Shown here in pieces: positions 38,475 through 50,564 of a DNA stretch of 64,000 nucleotides. The position numbers were made by a program, and so were the translations under genes. Origin of the DNA: Tubulanus polymorphus (taxonomy: Eukaryota; Animalia; Nemertea); NCBI RefSeq assembly GCF_964204645.1, contig NC_134034.1:4171814-4235813 (forward strand), given 5' to 3'. The notes under the pieces are model-generated. The model did not search any database and had not been told where the DNA came from. It was given only the letters and a program-made list of their open reading frames with translations. The stretch's first letter is position 1, and each line of letters begins with the position of its first letter.

Positions 38475-39930
38475 GATGTCTTAACGTTTGAATGAGCAAG
38501 AGCTTCACGCGCATCCGAAACGCGCATCTGAAAAAATAACGAATCGTTTTCCGATTGGAAATGCGCAAAACGCCCGCACAACTGGTAATGAACGATGTCG
38601 ACATAAATCAAATTTCAAGACAGTTCGTGTCAAAACTGCGTCTCTAGGTGACAGACAAAATATAAATAATGACCGTACGAGCCTAATACTGTCAATGATA
38701 CGTACCAGACAGCACCCAGGTGTAACAGGAGTTTCTTCAATAGGTGCGATTCCAGTCGATCTAACGCTACTGAACTATCCATCAATGTTGACGCGCGTGG
38801 CCGCCAGTCTCGAGTGTACAAGGCAATTACGGAGGAACATCGAGATGATCTTTGTACCACTCGACATGTACAGCATGCCCCCGTAACAAACGATGCGTGA
38901 GCAAAATGTGTCGATCGAAAATTTGTTCGCTATCAGTCACGATCTACCATTTTCAGCCAGTTTGTCTGATAGTTTATCGAAATAGGGCTCGTCTCTACTC
39001 GTTTTCTACATCGAACATCCTCATCTATAGCTCTGCTCTCTCCCCAGGGGTGGGATTTTGGGGATGGTCTCGGGGGTCCCGACCCCGCCCTTCCCATTGC
39101 CCTTTTCGAAAAAACCAAGACCATCGTTAAACCTGTGAATTTGTGAGACTCTACAATTACAACGAGTTTGAGATCCAGCTAGTAGCCTAGACGGAATCCG
39201 TTAGTAGACCACGACATGGCTACTTTATCTAAAAAAAAAATCCTTGTCTTCTCTCCTGACCCCTGCCTTCCAAATTTCCTAGAAACGCCCCTGTTCTCGC
39301 CTCTCCCCCACGCTCCCGCATTTCCGTTATCTAATCGTTCATCCCCGAAAGTTTAATTTCCGAATAAACGCTAATGAAAAACGCCGCCAGGAAATGTAAT
39401 GGCTATTCGTTTTTATTACCTCGATCCCCCGAGTTCAACGATTCTCGAGCGGCTCGAAGTCTACGGAGCGAACGTTTGAATGACGCGCGTCGTGGATGAT
39501 TTTAATCCTAGTTTTGAAATGCCAACGCGGCAACGTGATTGATCGTACAATAAAAGATTAGTCTCGACTCAATTAAATATTTGAATCGTATATTTCGCGT
39601 AGTGTCGGCGACGACGCTGCTTTAGTGATGAATATCTTCACTCACAACGACATGATTGATATAGTAGCAGCCGAGAGGAACCTAGTAAAATAATCCACGC
39701 GTGATAGTCTCGAATGGAATATATTCTGTATAGAAAGTCGTTGATCTGATCTGATGATTGCATCTACTGATTAACTACTTCGTTATGAATGTTCTATTTC
39801 TTATGTCTCGTGTGGATCATATATCCATTACAACTTAAAAACTTAAAACTTAAAATCGATATTCCAGATTATCTTTCCAATCCCGACCACACACTTAACT
39901 CGGCGCTGGTTATTTGACCTTCTCTCTGCC

Positions 39931-39991
39931 CCTGTCCCTGTCCGTGTCCGTGTCCGTGTCCGTGTCCGTGTCCGTGTCCCTGTCCCTGTCC
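39931..39991. repeat. (GTGTCC/CTGTCC)n microsatellite
   Basis: Hexamer tandem run. Confidence 0.9.
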
Positions 39992-42477
39992 TCCCTCTCT
40001 CAAGCTTGCTGCCATTTTAACATTTGTAATAGATTACACTTCAAATTATTACATTATGGTTTGTGTTGGAGAACTCTGTGCTAGAACCTCGGTATCGGAT
40101 CCTATAGATGCAAGCAGTTTGTCTCAATCAGTACGTTTACGATAAATTCGGGTTCGTAATTCCATTCGATTTCAATTCAATATGTTCGGTTTGGAGAATT
40201 GTTCATTGAAGCATTAAAACTATAAAACGTATATAAAAGCTAGAAAGGTTCAGTTCGAACGAATCCCGACTGGATACCCTTTCTGTACAAATACATCGAT
40301 ACTTCACGGCCGCCGAAAAAGTTTCCCTGTCTAATTGATTATCGATTTTATCGATTAGATCCATCAAAAATTAATCGATATTGCGTTACCAGATAATCGC
40401 CCGTGTTTGACCGGTATTTTCAATACACGAATAGATAGACATCAGAATCAATTCAAGATCTAATCACGAAACGACACGTATTATAAATAAAATACCACAG
40501 CGGTCACAATGGAATTGAATGTTTTGTGAGCTATTCCATGTTCTGTTAAAAGCCTATTAATCGATTTCGATACACGTATGTCTAGCGGTGCCGACTGTCG
40601 AAGAAAGTGGTGTTTACCGTTTTGGTCGGGTTTCCGAGAATCGCGCGAAACCGCCAGCTTCATTTCTCTGCCGGGTAGGGATTTTACTCCCATGGCAGGG
40701 CTTCCTGGCCGAGTGTCGCCATATCACCAGTTACGAATATCTACCGAAGGTGGCTATACACAAGGTTTCTTCGGGTAGCGGCCTAACTTTTTTTCGCAAT
40801 CAAAATCACGACGTGGGCTGGGGGCGTAAGATACTCGAAGCTCTTGGAGGGCAAACTAGTTTTCCGACGCAAGAACCGCGCAGGTAAAATATTTCGAGGA
40901 TTTAATTAAGAAGGCATTGTTGACATGATGTGATATTCGAATCTATTAAGATTGCATTTAATTAGATTGATGATGGGAACACGCCATCCATTCTCGGTGA
41001 ATCGAATGACAATTTGATTAAACATTAAAACGGATTAGTTCGCACGCAAAATAATCCGCTGCGGAAAAGTCGAATAGCCGTCCCTCGGTAATGAACGTTG
41101 CTTTACCTATATATACGCATGGTGCATCGTCATAACTTTGCAACGGTGGCTTATTTTTGCTGCATTTATGCCCGATCGAAACTTCACAGTTTTCTTGATC
41201 GGGAATTCTAGTTTATCTAAAGGCTATTGAAAATAGAAATCCGTGCGTCAATAGCCGCGATCACACGAGCATCATTTTTTGGTCCGGAACAACTGTTTAC
41301 ACGGGTGCCAAATAGGCCCGTGCCAGTTTGGTCCGAACGAAAACTTCGGACCAGGCCCGAGCCAAATTTGAAACTGGTTCCGGAATTGACTCACTTCGTT
41401 TTGTTTGAGCATCGACTGAGGGGTTTTAGTGTGAACGCACTATCTAACTATAGACGCAGGCCAAATTTGGCACGGGCCTGATCCGTGCCAATTCGGCCCG
41501 GGCCAAAATCGTCTCCGCCCGATAGCGGCTAATAATGATGGCGCACGCAAAGGATATTTTGATCAATCATGGACTATTCGAACGGTGAGAAGAAATTCGT
41601 AGACAGCCATTACCCCAAACCGAATATCTAAATCATCGCATTTTCGTCGACGTCACATAAACCGGTTACGATCGGGCAAGCGTGTATAGCGGGGGTAAGC
41701 GAAACCTTATCGGTTGGTTCGACGCAAGTACTGTACTCGCGTTATTTGTAAAGACAAACGTGGTACTTAATGCCAAGTCACGCTCTGAATGAGATACCGA
41801 TCACAAGATTCCGCATGTCACGTTTTGAATACACTGATTAACACTGATCCGTGGTGAATCAGAATTAACTGACTGGTCACACAATGTAAATAATAAAGGA
41901 ACACGGAATTGATAAACTAGATTTATTGGCTACGTACTATATCATAGTGAAGTGAATTTATACAAGACCGAAAATGATATGATATTTGATACCGAGGGGC
42001 GGATCTAGTCGGTGAATTTGGCTATATTCATAGAAATCATTGCTCATTGAAATGCCGGCGGCGAAGCTTGTTAAAGGGTAGTTTGGGGTTCCTCCCGAAG
42101 AAAAATTTGAAAAATCACTCTTTTCCCTTGTATTTAAAAGCATTCTGGACTTGTTTGATCAGGTACTTGTAGAAAATATGTTATTCAGATTTTCTTAACT
42201 ATATTCTGGAATACAGTGGAATATAGATTAGCCCAAACTACTAAAAAGGAAAGTGCTGGAAATTATACTTTACCCAGGTTAACTGAGGTCCAGGTCCGGT
42301 ACCATCAAGAATCCCTGGTCCGTGAAAGTGTAGCATTTCATAGGCCCTGCGCTACCGAGCACCATTTTCAAAATCTGTCTATATGCCGTACATATTATGG
42401 TCGCATAAACGCACGAAATCGACTCGAAAATATAGTCCTGCTTCAGTTTACTTCATTAAAAGTTTAGTCGCAGCTCT

Positions 42478-42619
42478 AGGACCAGTTGTGCAGTCGTGTC
42501 TTAAGTGAAAAAGTGGTCTTAAATCTCAAGACTGGTCATAAGTTGTTAGATTGGCTTAAGAACTAAGTTGGTCTTAGACTGGTTTTAAGTCTAAGCCATG
42601 AGTACGCAACTGGCCCCTG
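42478..42619. mobile_element. Small MITE (terminus CAACTGGCCCCTG); truncated second copy at ~61841-61951
   Basis: AGGACCAGTTG ... CAACTGGCCCCTG imperfect TIR and shared internal AGACTGGTCTTA motifs. Confidence 0.65.
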
Positions 42620-45600
42620 GAATGAACGATACCGATATTCTACAGCATGAGAACACACTACGAGCAATTGTTCAGATAATTGCTCGTGGGTACACACGAC
42701 GCGGAATGAACACCTGTAGATGACTTAGTCTGGTCTACGAGCAATTATGTTCAGATAATATTGCTCGTAGGTCTGGTGTATTGGTTACACCAGACGCTCG
42801 TGTATCTTATATGTAGCCTCTATACGTATATTAAACGTGATCGGCGGCTAAGGCAACAGTCAATGCCAATTAGGATATTGAATGTCATTTTTATGTCAAT
42901 TTTATGTCATTACATTTCGTAAAAGTCCTAAATCTTCGACTTATTCACAAGTCGTACATCGTGCAAGTCAAATAAACTTTATAATGGCCCAACTGGCTCA
43001 ACTCAAGAACTCGAGGAAGTAATATCGGGCATCAGGCGCGTGACCGCGACCATAATTTCTGTTGACATCGCTGACATCGATCAAATATCTACTTTTTATT
43101 GTTTTCGACATCGTCGACATCAATGACATTGATCAAATATCTACTTTTTATTTTTGTTGACATCGTCGACATCGGTGCAACAATAATATGTACGGCTTAT
43201 AGACAGATTTTAAATGGTGGTTGGTGAAGAAATATCATTTTTAGAGATTTTTAGAATTTTGCGACTTCAGCGTGAATAAACTAGACAATTGCGCTTGATA
43301 ACTTGAGCAACGTGTTGTCGTCCCCAAGCCTGAGGCTCTTCTTCAGTTTTCCAAACCACCTGGAACTTCTCTATGTTTTCGACGAAGTATCGATATCCAC
43401 GGTCATCCTCGCATTTTCTCACGGGTCCCCTGCTCGGGCCTTCCATCGGTTTGGCTCGGGCAGACTCCCAAGAATCCTGGACAATACCTATCACACATCT
43501 GTTCAGGACTTCTTTATTTTAGACGACTTTTCATCGAAAATGAACAACAAATTAATGGCATGAGACATTTCATCTGCGAAACTCTCAAAAAGTGTTCATC
43601 TACACTTCACAAAATAACGTGTTCCGCTGAGGAATTTCTGATTGCATTCTGATCAACTGATAGATTTCTGACAGTCGAAAGGCAATTAAATCGTTGCAGG
43701 CCTTAGCTATCAGATCGCGGTTAAAATCATGGCTTTTGTAGTAGCATAATGGACGGATTTAGAAAGATTCAGATGCACTTTGAACACAGATTACGAGGCA
43801 AAGTACTTTCGAAATATCTTTTGTTATCAGTATTTGATTAATATCATCTATTACGAACACCAGAAACATTCAAAATTTGATCAGTAATCTATCAAATCGG
43901 CCAGAGACTTCAAATGTTCTATACTCCGTTGTTTCATCCAGTATCGATGCCTTCCTACAAATACACGCACCTGGTGGATCATCCACTTTCCACCGTTTTT
44001 CTTTACGCTGTGTGGATCTTAGTTTCCAACAATAACCTGACGGGACGGCCTTGAACGGTTGCAAGCACGCACTGTAGCAGCGGCCAGCGTATGACTCGAA
44101 CCCGGTGTCAATCGGAACTGATTAAATCAACACCATAACATTGAATCCCACTGAGCTACTGAGGCTATGATGAATTGTATAATGAAACCACAAGTGGATT
44201 CTACCCGTGACACAGTAGAACATTCTTTGTAACACTATATTACCATCTGGTGGATGCTTTTTCCACAGATGGATCTTCCCCGATAAAATGATTTGTCCTG
44301 CAGCACGATCTTGCCACAGATATATGGAATTTTCCACTTACCACAGTCGATTTCGGGAGTCGGCATTTTGAACGGAGAGTTCACATTTATTTAAGTCGGG
44401 TGGGAACGAATCGTGTTTAGAAAAAAATTCAGATTATCTAAACGAAATTGCGAATCGGAATATGGGGCGGAGGAAGCTTACGGTACCATGGTTGAAGATT
44501 CCCTCTCGTGACCGTGCAGTTAGACCTGTCACTTACTCTGATAGTAGTAGGAATTATCTTTTAGAGAGAGAGCAAAGAACGTGACATGGAAGTAATTGAA
44601 AAATCATTCACAGACTCTGGCTACTAGGATACGTAGAGTATCGTTGCGGAGAACGCCACATTCGTAGCGTAGATACATCGCCAGATAATAACGTAAATCA
44701 TAAAAGTCGTAAATCTTAAAACGCGAATCTGAAAACATCAATACAATCTATATTTCGTGTAATACATCAAACTCATCGAGCGAAATCGATAATTTTAACA
44801 CGACGAATCGACATTACGAACCGAATATCGATATGCGCTTTCGAGATAAAAAAAAACAGTGGCCCCTTTCCGAGGATAAATACTATTCTTAACCTCACGA
44901 TCGCATGAAGCTTTGTTGAGACTAATGGTACTATTTTCTTTTCATCTCAAAATAGGGATTGACCATGCTATCCTTTTGATTGGTATACGGTTCCGGTTCA
45001 TTCAAACGATCTTCTTACCAATCTGAACCGGCGAGCGACCGATTGGGGTTTTATCAAGTTTGCTTATTATAATAAATCTTAATCTCGTGTTGTACGTACT
45101 ATTAAATTAGTAGTTGTCTTTCACCCAAGTTGAAGTAAACTTTTCGTATTAAAAAAAAAACAAATATGTCTCTGATTCTGTTTCTAAAACTGATTCAAAA
45201 TGGTTTCAAATGCATCTCGAAAGTTTGACTGGCGCGCGGTGATCTACGGAACCGCTCTGAAACTGCAATGAGCTCAATTCGTATTCAGTGACAGCTACGA
45301 ACAATAAAGACTTTACGTTCGACTGTGGCAATCGAGGATTCCACTCGTGGCAAGCGATGATCCACCAGGTGTCGCTAGTGTGCAATCAGACAACAACTCC
45401 CGGATTTCCTCTCAGATTCAATTAAAACCTCTCCATTGTTTCCAAAATTCTTTGAATGATGATAAGTTAAATTCACCCTACATCATCTGAGTTAATCGAG
45501 GAGAGTGATTTGCCTAATTTCCGATGAGGAAGGCTAAAAATCTAAATGAAAGCTCATTGATAATGAAATAGACTCTGACAGGGTCGTCGCACTGATTCGC

Positions 45601-47211
45601 ACGCCATCTAGTGGGATAGCCGGTGACACGGGGTCCTCATTAACATGGGTTCGTGCTCCACGATTACATCATTTCTATGTGCACGGAGGACAACTTTTTT
45701 TCCGAAAAGTTGCTTGTGCGAGACAAATATTGAGGCTTTTATTAAGGTAGTCCCGTCCCGCAAGTTCGCATCCTTTCTGTTTAGCGCGATCTGTGAAAGT
45801 TCAATTCAATATCTTTTGAATGACGATGTCGTCGATAGTCCCTAAGACCTGCATATGATAATCAAGAATTGTACTAGTTAGTTAACTTACAAATGGCGCC
45901 ATCATTTTGTAATCGTTTCAAATGATTATCACGCTATGTAGGAGAAACTTAACATAACCCTAGCAATCTTTGATTATTGTCCAATGCGGAATGCGAACAA
46001 AAGCATGGCAAGATATTTTATGAAATACATGAAATGAGGAGTTTTGAGGGACTCTAATCTACTATACACCATTGGGTCAACCCAAATTACTATCCTACGT
46101 TTTTGTTCTGACCCTAAATTATATTAAGGCATTTTGAAATACGTTAACCGTAAACGTCATTTCGCATATTGTTAATGTGGAATCGCCTCCGCAGTGATCA
46201 CATCCACTTACGCCATTACCACTTAACTCGAAAGTCAATAATGTATATAACTGCCATATAATATGTTACGGTTTTTGCGGCGTAAAACAATATTGCTGCA
46301 AAAACTCGAATTTTCAGTTTTGAAAATATGGAAAACGGCGTCGCAATAGCTCGGAAAAAAAGCATCGTCATGCGCACCACTATTTTGAAAGTTCCAGAGC
46401 CGTATGAAATATTCCGGCGACAACCTCCCGACGAATAAGGCTTCATATTATTACTTAGTAGATGTTTTATCTGATGACTCAGCGGATATTACCGAGTCTC
46501 ATTTCACGGAAACCTTTCCCGGCGAGAGAGAGAGAGAGAAATTAGTTCCGATGCCACTCAAAGCTTATCGCACGAAATAATAAGCAACTTCGTGTGTATA
46601 TGTGTGTTCTTTATATGCGGAAAGCCAAAACGACTTAAACGATCCTATTATGACGTATATCTAGGGAATTATCGCTTTCATGCCGAGACTACGAAACCGT
46701 GCCCCAGGTTTGAGAATATTTTCCACGTTGATGTACCCACAGTATTCGAAACCAGTTGCCCAGGTCAATGATCCAACTAAGACTACTTTGAAAACCAGGT
46801 GAAATCCAAAAACCTGTCTATAAGTAAGAGTTGTGACCGATTTAAGAAAAAGAATCTAAATCAGCTTGAAGGGTAAATTGAATTTAGGCTTAATTACGCT
46901 AGCCTGTTAGCCATGAGCGGAAAACCGTTATCATCCGTGTTACTTTTTTAATATCGTGAATTATTTTTTATGTTTTGTTTATTTGAGGTAGTAACCATTA
47001 TGTGCTTCCAACACTAAGATTCGCTAATCGGCATTTAGGAATAAACCCGGATGAACCGATTGATGTCTCTGGTGTTTGATCTTGGATCGTTTTGGATTAT
47101 AGTTTCGTGTATTTAAGTCTTACAAGCCCCTGCGATTGTGACATTTTGAAACTGATCTAGGTAACCGGTCCTAGGGTTGAAGTTCTAAAATTGGTCATGA
47201 TTTACCAGCGA

Positions 47212-47559
47212 ATGGGGAACCAAAAAAAAAAACGTCCCACCAGATGGTGCGACGACCAGTATCAACGTTACGGTATCAAAATTAGTTCATTTTCAATGAC
47301 ATTTGAACTGAATTTTTAGGCTCTCGAATGGGTATACATCACAGGATCCATCAAATATACAATAAATACATTTGTCTACTCAGATATCGGTATTGTTTTT
47401 ATTGATAATCGATCTGTTTAAGAAAGAATTCATTCAGTTTTACTTGAATCGTAGAAGAAATCGAATGCGGAAAACCGAGTTACTACTAACAAACATGTCG
47501 GATCCTCGCCTGCCATAAGTGGAATCCTCGATTGCCACACGAGGTCGTAGGTTCCCCAT
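47212..47559 (+). mobile_element. Full-length copy of MITE family X
   Basis: ATGGGGAACC ... GGTTCCCCAT termini; internal homology to 18614-18860 and 60234-60980. Confidence 0.7.
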
Positions 47560-48422
47560 TGGATTAGCCCAAGAGTTGAATTTAAGAAATGATGCCAGCA
47601 TTGTGTATATGCGTACGTAGTACGACTTTATTTCCGCTACTCAATTACAAGTCGCGTCATCCGCTAAAAAATCGTCCGCAAAACTTCCAGTAACGTTCAC
47701 GACATCGAGCGATTAAAACTGAGAAAATGATTATCCTCTGAAGTCGTCTGCGGAGAAATGGATTGCCTTCGAAAACGAACATTCACACGACAAACGCAGA
47801 TTATATTTCTCTGAAGACCGTCGTCTAAAGTCATCGTTCGAATGGTTATCTTTGAACTGAATGATTCCGATGAGACTGACTTTTCTTTAAAGTTTGTTTC
47901 GTATGATTTGTTTTGATATGGGCCCGTGCCAAACAAGTCGCACCATGCCGTAATCGAGGATTTGACGTGAACCACACTTAAGATTACGCTGGGTCTTGTT
48001 TTAGTTAAACGAAAGTGGTAAAAAGCATATGGAATAAGGGAATCTCAGGTAGGGGGTATATCTAATGATATGATAATAAGTTAACGCTTGGGTGCACAAT
48101 CGTCTATCAATAAAAAGATACACTTGATGCTGAAGCAATGGGGTACCCGCGATGCTACTGTGGCAATCGAAGATTTACATGTATGGCAGGCGATCATCCT
48201 TCAGCTGGTTCACTAAGCTGCTCGGTCTTTCCGCGTTCGAATAGTACTTCTACATTCCAATAAAATCTAAATGAATACTTTTCTCTTAAATTAATCGATT
48301 ACTTGTAGTACTATTCCGATAACCGAGTAGAAGAATGAAAGTATAACATATTCGTTGGGTGCTGTGACAATATATTGATTTGCGAGTCTAAAGAATGATC
48401 CAGTTCTTGAACTAATTCGGAC

Positions 48423-48530
48423 AACGGATGACTTACTGCTCGTCACGCCATCTGGTGGGAACGGATGACTTACTGCTCATCACGCCATCTGGTGGGAACG
48501 GATGACTTTCTGCCCGTCACGCCATCTGGT
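48423..48530. repeat. ~37-bp tandem repeat x3 within an inverted family-X copy
   Basis: AACGGATGACTTACTGCTCGTCACGCCATCTGGTGGG repeated. Confidence 0.85.
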
Positions 48531-49367
48531 GAGATTGTAGGCTTTTGGGTTCGATAATGTGTTACTGAGCGAAAACAACTCCACCAAATTTAATTGATAA
48601 TTTCTATGGACAATGATAAAAGATACAGCTTCGACATTCTGTCAATTTTGTTGAAACATCTGAACTAGATATAAAGTTTATGTAGGTCGAAGGTTTTTCC
48701 TCAAAATTTGTGTTTTCTTCTGATCATCTAGTTTTCTTCTGATCATCTATGCTACTTTTGTCTTGATGGGTAGATTTTTGTGGTTCAATTGGTTTTCATG
48801 AATTACATAGTCATGCGTGCATTGCACTCTAAAATTCAGTCAATTCAATTATGTCTGTATGTTTGTTTACTTCCATGCTTCACGCGGGCTACACAAACTT
48901 CATTTCTAGTTCGGATTCGATCGACTACGATACCAACGGAATATCGAAGCTGCATCTTTGATTATTGTCCACAGAAATTTTCAATCGAATCGCCCAACGA
49001 GTTTCCGCTCAGTAACACAAATCCTTCGCCACTCAAAAGTAGAGTGCACACTTATTGACGGACGATTACGTATTCAAGCATGAAGTTATTTCGCTTTTCA
49101 ATTGATAAATTCCCCTAGCTGAGATTCCCTTCTTTGGGATGTCTATGACCGAATTGGCCGTATGATATGAGTTGTTACAGGTCGTCAGTTCTGAACTGGT
49201 TAGTCTTAAGCGCAATATGTTTGAAATCATCGAAATATGGGATGTCTCCGAAGTTATCGTCAACAGAGATCAAGAGGGATACTGTCTGCTGAAACACTGA
49301 AGGAACGTATGTATGTTACATACATAGACAACCAGTCCTAGAGATAGATTTCGTAATAACGAAATAT

Positions 49368-49814
49368 CAGGCCCGTGCCTTGGGGAACGGTTCGCGGCTA
49401 GCGAACGAATCCCTTTTTCAAAGTGCCCTTCAAAAAGTCAGTTTAAAAAGATTTTTCGAAATTTAGATACAATTTTCATGTTTTTTTTTTCGAAATGAAA
49501 AGTAATCAAGTACGCCTGATGATGGCAAACAGTTGTTAGCCGAAACGTCACTCCTCAAATACAATCATTCTGATATAGAATTTTTCAATTTTGGCTTCGT
49601 TATTGTGGGATTTCTCTCGTCATCATCATACACGGATATTGTGTATCTTCTCGTCTCAGAAAAGTAATCAACTCTCAAAAGATTTATTCAGGCACCCGGG
49701 CACTTCATATTCAAGATAGCTGCCTATTTTCAATAAGAACGTACCCATTTTTTTATGAAAAAGTGCCCTTCTTCTTAAATTGGAACTGCCCCTCAAAAAG
49801 TTCGGCATGGGCCT
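49368..49814. mobile_element. MITE (CAGGCCCGTGCC...GGCATGGGCCTG) containing a nested hammerhead insert
   Basis: 12-bp TIR with 1 mismatch, flanked by AATAT on both sides. Confidence 0.7.
49510..49658 (+). mobile_element. 149-bp hammerhead-bearing retro-insert with 13-bp TSD GAAAAGTAATCAA
   Basis: TSD at 49497-49509 and 49659-49671; CTGATGA-T-GGC..GCC-GAAACGTC at 49516-49549. Confidence 0.8.
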
Positions 49815-50389
49815 GAATATCGCTGACCGCATCAATAAGTTTCGCACCCACTTCTACGGGTATATACAGCGCGCATGCAAAGCAACATATACAGAAAAAA
49901 ATGGTAATTATTTCAACGGCGTGATAGCTTTTATGTTCAGGGGCTAGATTCAATGGAGACAAGTCGTTTTCGGAAAGCTCTTAATTAGGTCTCTACGCGA
50001 CAATAATTGCTACACGACTGTCAACAAAATATACACGAGACTAATGACGATACCGCAGCAATATGTATACATCGCGTAAGTTATGGTTTTAGTAATTACT
50101 GGTTATTTTTAAGCACAGAAGTTTCGGATCGATCGGTTGTGTGTTTCTGGTCGTATTTGAACGTCGAATATTTCTTTAATTATCTTTCGTCTGTCGATAT
50201 TTTTTCGTAGTCACGCGCATTAGATAATGACATATCTGCCGCCCCTTCTCCCCATCCCTTTTCTACTCCCTCCGCCCGACTGTTAAGACAATCCCGCAAA
50301 AGGAACGAAAAAAAGAACGAAATGTTTTTTTTTCTTTTTGAGCTAGTAGTTTAAGGAATTAATAATCCATAATTTGTGTTGTAACTCAG

Positions 50390-50564
50390 TATTCCTGAAG
50401 ATGACTTTTCGAATAAAGTCGAAACGTTGAATAAACGACTAGCTAAAGGAATACAGTGTTCCTGAAGATGTCTATTAGAGTCGAAACTTTGAATAAACGA
50501 CTAGCTAAAGAAATACAGTATTCCTGAAGATGTCTATTAAAGAATAAAGTCGAAACGTTGAATA
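50390..50564 (+). ncRNA. Three tandem minimal type I hammerhead ribozyme motifs (period ~62-67 bp)
   Basis: TATTC-CTGAAGA-T-GACTTT/AAAGTC-GAAA-CGTT-GAATA (copy 1, 50390-50433); copies 2 and 3 have degenerate helix II. Confidence 0.75.

Noticed and set aside
46471-46515. CTGATGA hammerhead-like start
   Set aside because: No correctly placed GAAA after a helix II
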